64,000 bases of DNA from Patescibacteria group bacterium (GCA_038078735.1 JBBTTI010000003.1:8538-72537); one strand, 5' to 3'. Shown: positions 46,587-55,200, counted from the first letter of the stretch. Program-made: numbers and translations. Notes: generated by a model not told the origin, from the letters alone.

Positions 46587-46880
46587 CTATTTTTTGCTAA
46601 GCCCTTCCCAATTTAATGGTTTTTCTTTTCCAATTGTTTTCCCTTCGGCTTCCTTGACGGCCATCTCTCTTTCTTTCATCTTTCTTTCTTTTTTATTTAA
46701 TTTCTTTAAAACATCTATCGCCTCCACCCCTTTGTAATATCCGCAACTATGGCAAACCGTATGCGCCAAAACCGCCTTGCCGCATTTCGGGCAGACAGCT
46801 TTGCCGGGATTCGCCAAAAAAATATGCATCCTTCTTCTATTTCTCCTATTTTTTGTATGCCTTTGTTTAGGTTGAGCCAT
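46587..46880 (-). CDS. rpmF: 50S ribosomal protein L32 (with Lys/Glu-rich C-terminal extension)
   Basis: RRRMHIFL...[22 protein letters not shown] zinc ribbon. Confidence 0.8.
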   Translation of the reverse strand: MAQPKQRHTKNRRNRRRMHIFLANPGKAVCPKCGKAVLAHTVCHSCGYYKGVEAIDVLKKLNKKERKMKEREMAVKEAEGKTIGKEKPLNWEGLSKK

Positions 46881-46882
46881 AG

Positions 46883-47557
46883 TCAGAATTTGAAACTATT
46901 TCTATGTATAGCACATCGTCCAAATCTTTTCAACATTTCAAGGTGTAATTTCGTTCCATAGCCCTTATGAAGATCAAATCGGTATTTTGGGAACTTTTTA
47001 TGATACTTGAGCATTATTCTGTCCCTCGTCACTTTGGCTAAAATTGAAGCCGCGGCGCAGGAAAAAACTTTTTCATCGCCCTTCACGATTAGTTTGTAGT
47101 TTATAATTTTTAGTTTATAGTTTTTGATATTATTGCCGTCTATTATCAAAAAATCGGGCTTCAACTTTTTAATCGCTCTTGCCATCGCTAACTCTGCCGC
47201 ATTTTTAATATTAATCTTATCTATGATTTTTTCTGAAACAATGCCAATCCCCCATCTTATATTTTTATCTTTTGTTATTAAGTTATAAAAAAATTCCCGC
47301 TGTTTTGCAGATAATTGCTTTGAGTCCCTAATTTTTAGGAGAACGCTTCTCCCTTGGAGAAACGTTCTCCAATTTATTATCACCGCTCCTGCCACCACCG
47401 GCCCGGCCAACGGCCCACGGCCGGCCTCATCCAACCCAGCCACATTCTTAAATCCTTTTTTCCACAATTTTTTTTCTTCCGCTAGTGTCGCATACCGCAT
47501 GTTTTTTATTTTAGCACAAAAAAAGATGGGAAAGTTAGATAAATCTAACTTTCCCAT
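46883..47557 (-). CDS. rnhB: ribonuclease HII
   Basis: GLDEAGRGPLAGPVVAGAVI and later DSK...AASILAK motifs. The true start may be the internal Met (MRYATLAEEK). Confidence 0.85.
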   Translation of the reverse strand: MGKLDLSNFPIFFCAKIKNMRYATLAEEKKLWKKGFKNVAGLDEAGRGPLAGPVVAGAVIINWRTFLQGRSVLLKIRDSKQLSAKQREFFYNLITKDKNIRWGIGIVSEKIIDKINIKNAAELAMARAIKKLKPDFLIIDGNNIKNYKLKIINYKLIVKGDEKVFSCAAASILAKVTRDRIMLKYHKKFPKYRFDLHKGYGTKLHLEMLKRFGRCAIHRNSFKF

Positions 47558-47569
47558 CCTAAGGACTAA

Positions 47570-47761
47570 TTACCAAAGATCCTTATTCTTTTCGAGCCAC
47601 TCTTCGGCTCTTGGGTTATTTTTCACTTGAGCAATCGCTCTAGTAAAAGATTGTTTTACCTCCGTCCGAAGAGTCCCATTTCCACCGATAGCTTCCACCC
47701 TATCTGTGAATTTCATTTCTGTAAGAGTAAGGTATTTTTGATTTTTTTCTGTCTTTCTCAT
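47570..47761 (-). CDS. small hypothetical protein (~63 aa), translationally coupled to the upstream ORF
   Basis: GGAGG SD. The start abuts the stop of 47765..48181. Higher GC. Confidence 0.35.
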   Translation of the reverse strand: MRKTEKNQKYLTLTEMKFTDRVEAIGGNGTLRTEVKQSFTRAIAQVKNNPRAEEWLEKNKDLW

Positions 47762-47764
47762 CAC

Positions 47765-48181
47765 TTACTCCTCCGCACTCATTCGGTCCGCGCCACATTT
47801 AGAGCAATAGCGCTGACCTACCACTACTAAATGTTCGCAAACAGGATGTTTCTCTAATTTTTGGGGAATAATCTCCCCAGCGCGCGAATGAGGTGAGTAA
47901 CGAGCGTCTTTTAACTCTACTAATACCCCGGGTAAAAGCTCAATCATATCGCCCGTCAAATCCCAAAAATCCCTCTTTTTTATACGTACCACATGTCTTT
48001 TCCCATTCTTAAGAGTAATTTCGACATCCCCACCCCTAAGAAAAGCGGTCATAAGATCCAGCTCCCCTGGGCCGTTAACGATTTCAACTTTATCTAAAAC
48101 ACCACTAGCCATAACGGCTTCCTCCTTTAGAAATACTGCGCATTTTCTCTCCCATAACGGTGAGAGTGCGGATTTCTCCAT
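47765..48181 (-). CDS. hypothetical protein with C-terminal Cys/His cluster
   Basis: Up to 138 aa, ending ..HPVCEHLVVVGQRYCSKCGADR, a zinc-ribbon-like cluster. About 50% GC. Confidence 0.4.
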   Translation of the reverse strand: MEKSALSPLWERKCAVFLKEEAVMASGVLDKVEIVNGPGELDLMTAFLRGGDVEITLKNGKRHVVRIKKRDFWDLTGDMIELLPGVLVELKDARYSPHSRAGEIIPQKLEKHPVCEHLVVVGQRYCSKCGADRMSAEE

Positions 48182-48339
48182 AGCAGCGAACTAAACACTA
48201 ATTTTATAATGTCCACTTCGCCGCTATAAAGATTTTTTTAAAGAGCCTACCAGTAAACTTTCATTAAATATAACACATATTGAACAATTTGGTAAGCCAT
48301 ATAAATTAAGTTTGATTTTTTATTATTCGTGTTAGGGTT

Positions 48340-48360
48340 GTTAGGTACTCAGTATCTAAC
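48340..48360. repeat. REP-like palindrome family A (GTTAGGTACT-c-AGTATCTAAC)
   Basis: Preceded by a gttagg half-site. Immediately 5' of CCCATCTTTCAGCC copy 2. Confidence 0.7.
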
Positions 48361-48370
48361 ATGTGCCTAT

Positions 48371-48409
48371 CCCATCTTTCAGCCTACAAATTTATTTATG
48401 AGCTGAAAA
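48371..48409. repeat. CCCATCTTTCAGCC...ATGAGCTGAAA element, copy 2
   Basis: Identical core to copy 3. Confidence 0.7.
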
Positions 48410-48484
48410 GTGGAGGAAAACAGATATTGCCGATATTAAATCTGTTTTCCTAGAGGTGCCCCTGTCGGCACAGGAACTTAATTT

Positions 48485-48661
48485 TTAATGCCTCAGTGCA
48501 TACCATAATGCAACTGCAATAAAAATTACAAGCATTACCAAAATTATGATCATGACAATCTCGCCCAAGGGATTGCCAAGCCAGTTCATTAGTAATTTAG
48601 TTAAAATTATTGTTAGGAGCACAATTATTGCTCCTCGTAATCCCTTTATTTTCTTTTTCAT
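48485..48661 (-). CDS. 58-aa two-TM membrane peptide
   Basis: MKKKIKGLRGAIIVLLTIILTKLLMNWLGNPLGEIVMIIILVMLVIFIAVALWYALRH with SD GAGGAAAAAATG. Under the ORF-track cutoff. Confidence 0.35.
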   Translation of the reverse strand: MKKKIKGLRGAIIVLLTIILTKLLMNWLGNPLGEIVMIIILVMLVIFIAVALWYALRH

Positions 48662-48689
48662 TTTTTCCTCACTTTATTTTATTTTTCAG

Positions 48690-48990
48690 TCCGCCAAGGC
48701 GAACTGCTATTGCCAAAGAACCATCTTAATTGATATAGGTGGGAGTTGTCGCAAGCCGGTCTGGCTTAACCCGACAACTCCCAACTTATTTTAGAGGAAG
48801 GCTTCGAACTTTTCCTTGCGGAAACCAGCGAAAAATATAGAATGGCACGCTTCTATATTTTAGCCGGAAGTCCGAGCCGTCTATCTGCAATCGCAATACA
48901 GGATGGCCCGACCGTACGTGCCAAACTTCGGTTGTGGGCCAGATAGACATTCCTTCCTCTCGGAAATTCCCGATATAGAAACTTCCGAAA
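48690..48990. ncRNA. densely nested structured region (candidate ncRNA or long structured 5' leader)
   Basis: Long-range GAGGAAGG/CCTTCCTC closure around GTCTATCTG/CAGATAGAC, GGCCC/GGGCC, TATAGAA/TTCTATA and TTTCC-GCAA-GGAAA helices, plus a 12-bp GGGAGTTGTCG/CGACAACTCCC stem. Strand undetermined. Confidence 0.35.
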
Positions 48991-49008
48991 AAAAAGATAT
49001 TTTAGGTT

Positions 49009-49029
49009 GTTAGATACTCAGTACCTAAC
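49009..49029. repeat. REP-like palindrome family A (GTTAGATACT-c-AGTACCTAAC)
   Basis: Immediately 5' of CCCATCTTTCAGCC copy 3. Confidence 0.7.
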
Positions 49030-49063
49030 ACGTGTCTATCCAATAATTTATAATTTGTTGATT

Positions 49064-49102
49064 CCCATCTTTCAGCCTACAAATTTATTTATGAGCTGAA
49101 AA
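49064..49102. repeat. CCCATCTTTCAGCC...ATGAGCTGAAA element, copy 3
   Basis: Followed by a GAGGAGTT..AACTCCTC hairpin and a GC-hairpin/T-run. Confidence 0.7.
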
Positions 49103-49171
49103 TGAGAGAGGAGTTGTTTTATTTTATGCCGAAACTCCTCTTCAACTTCGCCCGTTCGGCCCGGGCTTTTT

Positions 49172-49447
49172 TTATTTCACGCAGCGTAGCTGCTCACTAT
49201 TGGTATTGGGTGACGCTAAACGAAAACATATGATTCCACCCATAAGAGGATCGTAATACCTGTAGAGATTCGGATTTTTCGCTACAAGCACCCAACCTGT
49301 AATTTCTTCCGTGGGTGGCACGGGTATTGGCACGAGCATCTTAGGTGCACATGCACCCAAGAAAACTGAAATAGCAACCAAAAAGATTCCAAGCAAGATT
49401 ATCCTCACGATTTCCTCCTTATATATTCCTCTTCCTTTTACCGACAC
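49172..49447 (-). CDS. small lipoprotein, hypothetical
   Basis: Signal peptide with lipobox LGAC. 91 aa. Confidence 0.4.
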   Translation of the reverse strand: MSVKGRGIYKEEIVRIILLGIFLVAISVFLGACAPKMLVPIPVPPTEEITGWVLVAKNPNLYRYYDPLMGGIICFRLASPNTNSEQLRCVK

Positions 49448-49489
49448 ACTTCGGCGCCAAGAAATGAGGTTATTTCTCTTAAAGAACTG

Positions 49490-49861
49490 CTACGCCTCCT
49501 TTGAAATTATTTTTATAGGATAAGGGTAATTTTCTTTTACCCTTCCTATGAACTCGTCCTCCTTGTCTTTCGGCAGGACGACCATAATGCCATCCGGGGC
49601 GGCATAACGAAGAACATAAAATGATTTCTCCCCCGCCAGCGAGAAGGCCGTTCTCACTAAAGAGTTAAAATATTCAATAGTGAAAGGGACTCTTCTTTTC
49701 GGATTTATGGAAATCCGAACGTAGTTGGGAAGAAATCCGTTCTCCTCATCCGCCCGAACACCCCTAGTTATCTCAATCTCTAAAGGCATGACTTGCCCTC
49801 CTCTCTTTCTTTTATTTATGCCCATAGTATAGCATGGTGATTTTGACATGTCAAGTGGCAA
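49490..49861 (-). CDS. hypothetical protein
   Basis: 123-aa ORF. The likely real start is the internal MPLEIEITRG. No family recognised. Confidence 0.35.
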   Translation of the reverse strand: MPLDMSKSPCYTMGINKRKRGGQVMPLEIEITRGVRADEENGFLPNYVRISINPKRRVPFTIEYFNSLVRTAFSLAGEKSFYVLRYAAPDGIMVVLPKDKEDEFIGRVKENYPYPIKIISKEA

Positions 49862-49937
49862 GCCCCTTCAATTTTTGCTTTTAGAAAACAATTTCTGTAA
49901 GATAAACAATGCGATGCCAATATGCTAATACATACTA

Positions 49938-50333
49938 ATGATACAAATAAAAAATAATAAATTAATCTATCCTGAATTATCTTATTTAATTACGGGAATA
50001 TGCTTTGAGGCGCATAACAAATTAGGGAGATATGCTAGAGAAAAACAATATGGCGATTTATTGGAACAAAAGTTTAAAGAAATAAAAATTCCCTACAAAA
50101 GAGAGTTAAGGATATTTAAAACTGGCAATACAATAGATTTCCTTATTGATGATAAAATTCTTTTAGAATTAAAAGCGAAACCGTTGATTGTCAAAGAAGA
50201 TTATTATCAAACGCAAAGATATTTACAGTCGCTTAATATAAAACTCGCCTTATTAATAAATTTTCGGAACCGCTATTTAAAACCAAATAGAATTATAAGG
50301 ATAGATACTGATATAAAAAATAAATTTCTCTAA
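49938..50333 (+). CDS. GxxExxY-family protein (PD-(D/E)xK nuclease-like fold)
   Basis: LSYLITGICFEAHNKLG..EKQYGDLLEQ... then DFLIDDKILLELKAK..LINF. Matches the GxxExxY family layout. Confidence 0.75.
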   Translation: MIQIKNNKLIYPELSYLITGICFEAHNKLGRYAREKQYGDLLEQKFKEIKIPYKRELRIFKTGNTIDFLIDDKILLELKAKPLIVKEDYYQTQRYLQSLNIKLALLINFRNRYLKPNRIIRIDTDIKNKFL

Positions 50334-50375
50334 AATTAGTATCATTAGTATTAATTCGTATATTAGCATCGATTT

Positions 50376-53300
50376 ATGAAGTTTACTCATTTACATGTTC
50401 ACTCTCATTACTCTCTTTTGGACGGCTTGCCGAAGATTGACCAGCTTTTGGATTATGTCAAAGAACTGGGAATGGATTCGGTGGCTTTAACCGACCACGG
50501 AGTAATTTACGGCGCCGTGGAATTTTATAAAAAAGCCAAAGCCAAAGGAATCAAACCAATCATTGGCTGTGAAATGTATGTTGCTTTTGAAGGAATGCAC
50601 CAGGAGAGGCCCAATATAGATGATAAAAAATACCATTTAATTTTATTGGTAAAAAATGAAACCGGCTATAAGAATTTAGTTAAACTTATTACCAAAGCCC
50701 AGCTTGAAGGATTTTATTACAAACCCAGAATTGATGAAGAACTTTTAGCTCAACATGCCGAGGGATTAATCGGCCTGACTGCTTGTTTACAGGGCAAAAT
50801 CCCCCGCTTGATTCTGTCCGGTAAAATTGATGAAGCTGAAAAAATCGCTTTGAAATATCAAACAATTTTCGGCAAAGATAATTTTTATCTGGAACTGCAA
50901 AGCCATCCCAATATTCCGGCTCAAGATAAAGTCAATAAAGTATTAATTTCTCTTTCTAAAAAATTAAATATTCCTTTAGTTGCCACCACTGACTGCCATT
51001 ACCTTCGGCCCGAAGACAGCGATGCCCAGGATGTTTTAATGCTCATAAACACCGGAGCCGATATCAATGACCCCGAACGTTTAACAATGAAGGGAGAAGA
51101 CTTTTCTATGCACTCTGCGGAGCGCATGGCAGAAGATTTTAAGGAAATTCCCGAAGCCATTGAAAATACCCAAAAAATTAAAGACGCCTGTAATTTTGAA
51201 TTTAAATTAGGCGAAATAAAACTTCCTTCTTTCCCCGTGCCAGATAATAAAACGCCAGACGATTATTTAAAAGAACTTTGTTATGAACGATTGGAAAAAA
51301 GATTTCCGGAAAAATCAAAAGAAGTTATTGACCGGTTGGAATATGAACTATCAACGATTGCCAAGTTCGGGTTTGCCCCATATTTTTTAATTGTCCAAGA
51401 TTTCGTTAATTGGGCCAAACAGAACCGAATCGTTGTCGGTCCGGGCAGGGGTTCGGCCGGAGGCTCGTTAACAGCTTATGTTTTGGGAATTACCAATATT
51501 GATCCATTAAAATATAATCTTTTATTTGAAAGATTTTTGAATCCCGGTCGCAGCGCTTCGCCGCCCGATATTGATTTGGATTTTACCGATAGAAGAAGAG
51601 ATGAAGTGATAAATTATGTTGCCGAAAAATACGGCCGAGACAAGGTTTCCCAGATTATTACTTTCGGCACAATGGCCGCCCGAGCTGTTATTCGCGATGT
51701 CGGCCGGGCTTTGGCCTATCCTTACAGTTTTTGCGACCAACTGGCTAAAATGGTTCCTTTTGGTATGACTCTTGATCAAGCATTGGCCAACGTTGCTGAT
51801 TTACGAAAAATATATCTTGAAGATTCGCAAGCTCAAAAATTAATTGATTTTGCTAAAAAACTGGAAGGCGTCGCCCGCCACGCTTCCACCCATGCCTGCG
51901 GCGTGGTTATTTCCAAGGAACCCTTGGACAATATTATTCCTTTACAGCACCCGACCCAAAATGATAAAAACATTGTTACCCAATATGAGATGCATTCAAT
52001 TGAAGATTTGGGAATTTTGAAAATGGATTTTCTTGGTTTAAAAAACTTAACGATTATTGAAGATGCTTTAGCCAGAATTTATAAAGTACAGAATAAATCA
52101 ATTGATATTGAGAATATCCCATTAGATGATAAAGCAACTTTCAAATTATTTCAAAAAGCCGAGACGGTCGGCGTTTTTCAATTAGAATGTTTGTCAGGAG
52201 ATACTATTATTTCAAATACTACAATTAAAAAATTATATGAAAGAAAAAATAAAAAAAGATTGACATCTATCTATTTGGATGAAGGCAAGGTTCATTTGAA
52301 TAAAATTATTGATGTTTTTGAAAGTGGTGAAAAGGATGTTTATTCTTTGATCACGGAGAATAATTGGTATATTAAGTCAACTAAAAATCATTATTTTTTA
52401 ACAAAAGATGGCTGGAAAAAATTAGAAAATATAAAGCCGAACGACGAAGTTTTAATTGGTAATAAGGCCAAACATTTAATTTATAATAACTGTGAAACAT
52501 GCGGAAAACAAATAAGCGGACAAAAAGAAGGTAAAAGCAAATTTTGTTACCATTGTTCGGCTATTTTTTACAAGAATCCAAGTAAAAGAGAATCGAGAGA
52601 AAAAATTAGTGCGGCAAGAATAAAGTTTTATCAGCAAGGTGGTAGGCCTTGGAATATCGGAATAACTACTGAAAATAACGAAGTCTGGAAAAGAACTGCT
52701 AAAAAAATATCTCAAGCGCTAAAGGGCAGAAGCCTAGAAGAATTATGGGGGAAAGAAAGAGCAGAATATTTTAAACAATCTCATTCGAAGAGGATGAGGG
52801 GAGAAAATAATCCTATGTTCGGGAAAAAATGCCCTCATCGAAAAGGTGGCTTTAGAGAAGATTTGAAACATTATGTTCGCTCTACCTGGGAAGCAGATTT
52901 TGCCCGAATTTTAAAACTTAAAAATTTAGATTATCAATATGAACCATCAACTTTTAAATTAACAAGGCGAAATGGAGAAATCCTCCATTACACGCCGGAT
53001 TTTTATGTTAAATCTAATAATACTTTCTATGAGATTAAAGGCTTCCTTAGAGATTTAGACGAAGAAAAAATGGAATTATTTCAACGGCAATATCCGCAAT
53101 ATAATTTTATAATAATCAACACAACTAAATTCGCTGAATTTGCCCTACAATATAAAACACTGGTTAATTGGGAATGTCCGCAAATACCAAAGAAAAATTA
53201 CGAATTTATTAAAGTAAAAAAAATAAAATATAGCGGGCGAGAAAAAACTTACGATATTAAGATGCAGTCGCCGGGCAATAATTTTGTAGCTAACGGTTTT

Positions 53301-54674
53301 ATAGTTCACAATAGCGACGGTATGCGCCGATATTTGAAAGAATTAAAACCAAACGGCTTAGACGATATTATTGCCATGGTCGCCCTTTACCGACCTGGTC
53401 CGATGCAGTTTATTCCTGATTATATTTCCGGGAAACAAGGGGAAAAAATGATTGAATATATACATCCCAAATTAAAACCGATTTTGGAAGAGACTTACGG
53501 CATTTGCGTTTATCAGGAACAAGTTATGAGAATTGCCAGGGATTTAGCCGGGTTTTCTATGTCAGAAGCCGATATTTTAAGAAAAGCCATCGGTAAAAAA
53601 ATCAAAAAACTTCTAATGGATCAGGAAGAAAAATTTATTAAAGGCTGCGAAAAAAACGAAATTCCGAACAATATCGCCCAGAAAATCTGGCGCTGGATTG
53701 AGCCGTTTGCCCAATATTCATTCAATAAATCTCACGCTACGGCTTACGCTTTAATCGCCTACCAAACCGCCTATTTAAAAACTAATTTCCCGGCTGAGTT
53801 TATGGCTTCATTTTTAACTTCGGAAAAAGCTGACGTAGAAAGAATCGGCTTCATAATCGGCGAATGCAAAAAAATGGGTTTGGAAGTTTTAGCTCCCGAT
53901 ATTAATGAAAGTTTTGCCTTTTTTAGCGTGGTTCCTCAAAGAAACCAAATCCGCTTTGGGCTAACTGCCATAAAAAATGTTGGAGAAAATATTGTTAAGG
54001 CTATTGTTGAAGAAAGAAAACAAAATGGCCCTTATCTCTCAATCTCCGATTTTGTCAGCCGAGTTAATTCTAAAGACTTGAATAAAAAATCATTAGAAAG
54101 TTTAATCAAAGCCGGCGCTTTTGATAAATTTACCGAAAGAAACCAATTATTGCAGAATATGGAAAAATTATTGGAATCGGCCAGAGAAACTCAGAAAAAT
54201 AAAAACAACGGCCAGCAAGGTCTTTTCCAAGGAATTTCTCAAAATACTGATTTTTCTCTTCAGCCGGCAGTTTTGGCTACTAAAGCGGAAAAGCTGGCTT
54301 GGGAAAAAGAATTACTGGGATTATTTGTCAGCTCGCATCCTTTGGAAAATTTCAGCAAGATTTTAGAAGAAAAAACTCAGAGCATTGAGAAAATAAAGGC
54401 TAATTTTACAAAGTTAGTTCGCAAGCCGGTTAAAATTGGCGGGATAATTTCTTCAATCAAAAAAATTATCACCAAAACCGGCCGGCCGATGTTTTTTATG
54501 AACTTAGAAGATATGAAAGACAAAATTGAAGTGGTCGTTTTTCCTAACGCCATTGAAAGAAACCCCTCGGCCTTTCAGGAAAATAAAATCGTTTTTATTT
54601 CAGGCAGAGTTGACGACCGAAACGGCACGCCCAAAGTCATCTGCGAATCAATAGAAGAAATTATTGAAAGCTAA
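50376..54674 (+). CDS. dnaE: DNA polymerase III alpha subunit, interrupted by an intein
   Basis: PHP domain (HLHVHSHYSLLDG), palm/fingers motifs, OB fold. The host sequence ..VGVFQLE / SDGMRRYLKEL.. is split by a 375-aa insertion. Confidence 0.9.
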   Translation: MKFTHLHVHSHYSLLDGLPKIDQLLDYVKELGMDSVALTDHGVIYGAVEFYKKAKAKGIKPIIGCEMYVAFEGMHQERPNIDDKKYHLILLVKNETGYKNLVKLITKAQLEGFYYKPRIDEELLAQHAEGLIGLTACLQGKIPRLILSGKIDEAEKIALKYQTIFGKDNFYLELQSHPNIPAQDKVNKVLISLSKKLNIPLVATTDCHYLRPEDSDAQDVLMLINTGADINDPERLTMKGEDFSMHSAERMAEDFKEIPEAIENTQKIKDACNFEFKLGEIKLPSFPVPDNKTPDDYLKELCYERLEKRFPEKSKEVIDRLEYELSTIAKFGFAPYFLIVQDFVNWAKQNRIVVGPGRGSAGGSLTAYVLGITNIDPLKYNLLFERFLNPGRSASPPDIDLDFTDRRRDEVINYVAEKYGRDKVSQIITFGTMAARAVIRDVGRALAYPYSFCDQLAKMVPFGMTLDQALANVADLRKIYLEDSQAQKLIDFAKKLEGVARHASTHACGVVISKEPLDNIIPLQHPTQNDKNIVTQYEMHSIEDLGILKMDFLGLKNLTIIEDALARIYKVQNKSIDIENIPLDDKATFKLFQKAETVGVFQLECLSGDTIISNTTIKKLYERKNKKRLTSIYLDEGKVHLNKIIDVFESGEKDVYSLITENNWYIKSTKNHYFLTKDGWKKLENIKPNDEVLIGNKAKHLIYNNCETCGKQISGQKEGKSKFCYHCSAIFYKNPSKRESREKISAARIKFYQQGGRPWNIGITTENNEVWKRTAKKISQALKGRSLEELWGKERAEYFKQSHSKRMRGENNPMFGKKCPHRKGGFREDLKHYVRSTWEADFARILKLKNLDYQYEPSTFKLTRRNGEILHYTPDFYVKSNNTFYEIKGFLRDLDEEKMELFQRQYPQYNFIIINTTKFAEFALQYKTLVNWECPQIPKKNYEFIKVKKIKYSGREKTYDIKMQSPGNNFVANGFIVHNSDGMRRYLKELKPNGLDDIIAMVALYRPGPMQFIPDYISGKQGEKMIEYIHPKLKPILEETYGICVYQEQVMRIARDLAGFSMSEADILRKAIGKKIKKLLMDQEEKFIKGCEKNEIPNNIAQKIWRWIEPFAQYSFNKSHATAYALIAYQTAYLKTNFPAEFMASFLTSEKADVERIGFIIGECKKMGLEVLAPDINESFAFFSVVPQRNQIRFGLTAIKNVGENIVKAIVEERKQNGPYLSISDFVSRVNSKDLNKKSLESLIKAGAFDKFTERNQLLQNMEKLLESARETQKNKNNGQQGLFQGISQNTDFSLQPAVLATKAEKLAWEKELLGLFVSSHPLENFSKILEEKTQSIEKIKANFTKLVRKPVKIGGIISSIKKIITKTGRPMFFMNLEDMKDKIEVVVFPNAIERNPSAFQENKIVFISGRVDDRNGTPKVICESIEEIIES
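52188..53312 (+). mobile_element. DnaE intein (Cys1...His-Asn, +1 Ser) with embedded zinc-ribbon / 3x NUMOD3-like / PD-(D/E)xK-like endonuclease module
   Basis: Block A CLSGDTII, block B TKNHYF (TxxH), blocks F/G YDIKMQSPGNNFVANGFIVHN. Insert has CETCG...CYHC, three repeats such as SREKISAARIKF, AKKISQALKGR and HSKRMRGENNPMFGKK, then HYTPDFYV...YEIKG. Confidence 0.85.
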
Positions 54675-54724
54675 AACCGTTGACATCGATTTGCAAAATG
54701 ATAAACTAAAAATAGAATTAAAAT

Positions 54725-54973
54725 ATGTCTAAAAGATTACAAAAAATTTCATCGTACTATGCGGTTTTTGATCTAGCCCAAGAGGGCGGATATAACGTTT
54801 CTTTCCCGGATTTTCCCGGCTGTGTTACCTTTGGAAAAACCTTTGAAGAATCTAAAAAAATGGCAAAAGAAGTATTGGAACTTTGGCTTGAAGAACTTTC
54901 ATCTCAAAAAGAGGAAATCCCGATTAAAACTTTTAGACCGATTATTGATGAAGTAGAAGTCGCTCTTCCTTAA
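54725..54973 (+). CDS. hicB: HicB-family antitoxin (short form)
   Basis: YYAVFDLAQEGGYNVSFPDFPGCVTFGKTFEESKKMAKEVLELWLEE matches the HicB/UPF0150 fold. Confidence 0.75.
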   Translation: MSKRLQKISSYYAVFDLAQEGGYNVSFPDFPGCVTFGKTFEESKKMAKEVLELWLEELSSQKEEIPIKTFRPIIDEVEVALP

Positions 54974-54976
54974 ATT

Positions 54977-55189
54977 ATGAAGCCGCTTGCCACTGGTAAA
55001 TTGATAAAAATCTTAAAAGAAAACGATTTTGTATTATCTCGCCAAAAAGGCAGTCATCAAATTTGGAAAAACCTAAAAACCAACATAATCGTTCCTGTTC
55101 CTCTGCACGGTAAATCAAATCCTATCCACCTCGGAACATTTATCGCCATAATAAAACAATCAAAAATTCCAAAAGAAAAATTTAAATAA
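54977..55189 (+). CDS. hicA: HicA-family mRNA interferase toxin
   Basis: LKENDFVLSRQKGSHQIWKN...VPVPLHGKSNPIHLGTFIAIIKQSKI matches the YcfA/HicA fold. Confidence 0.75.
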   Translation: MKPLATGKLIKILKENDFVLSRQKGSHQIWKNLKTNIIVPVPLHGKSNPIHLGTFIAIIKQSKIPKEKFK

Positions 55190-55200
55190 ATTATTTCTAT

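Noticed and set aside
48690-48990. RNase P RNA candidate, because of GGAAGTCCGAGCC and CCGGTCTGGCTTA strings resembling the CR-I / P4 strands
   Set aside because: The two P4-like strands occur in the wrong 5'-to-3' order on either strand. Other universally conserved regions (e.g. ACAGAAAGTGCCACAG, GGTAAA) are absent. Kept only as an unassigned structured region.
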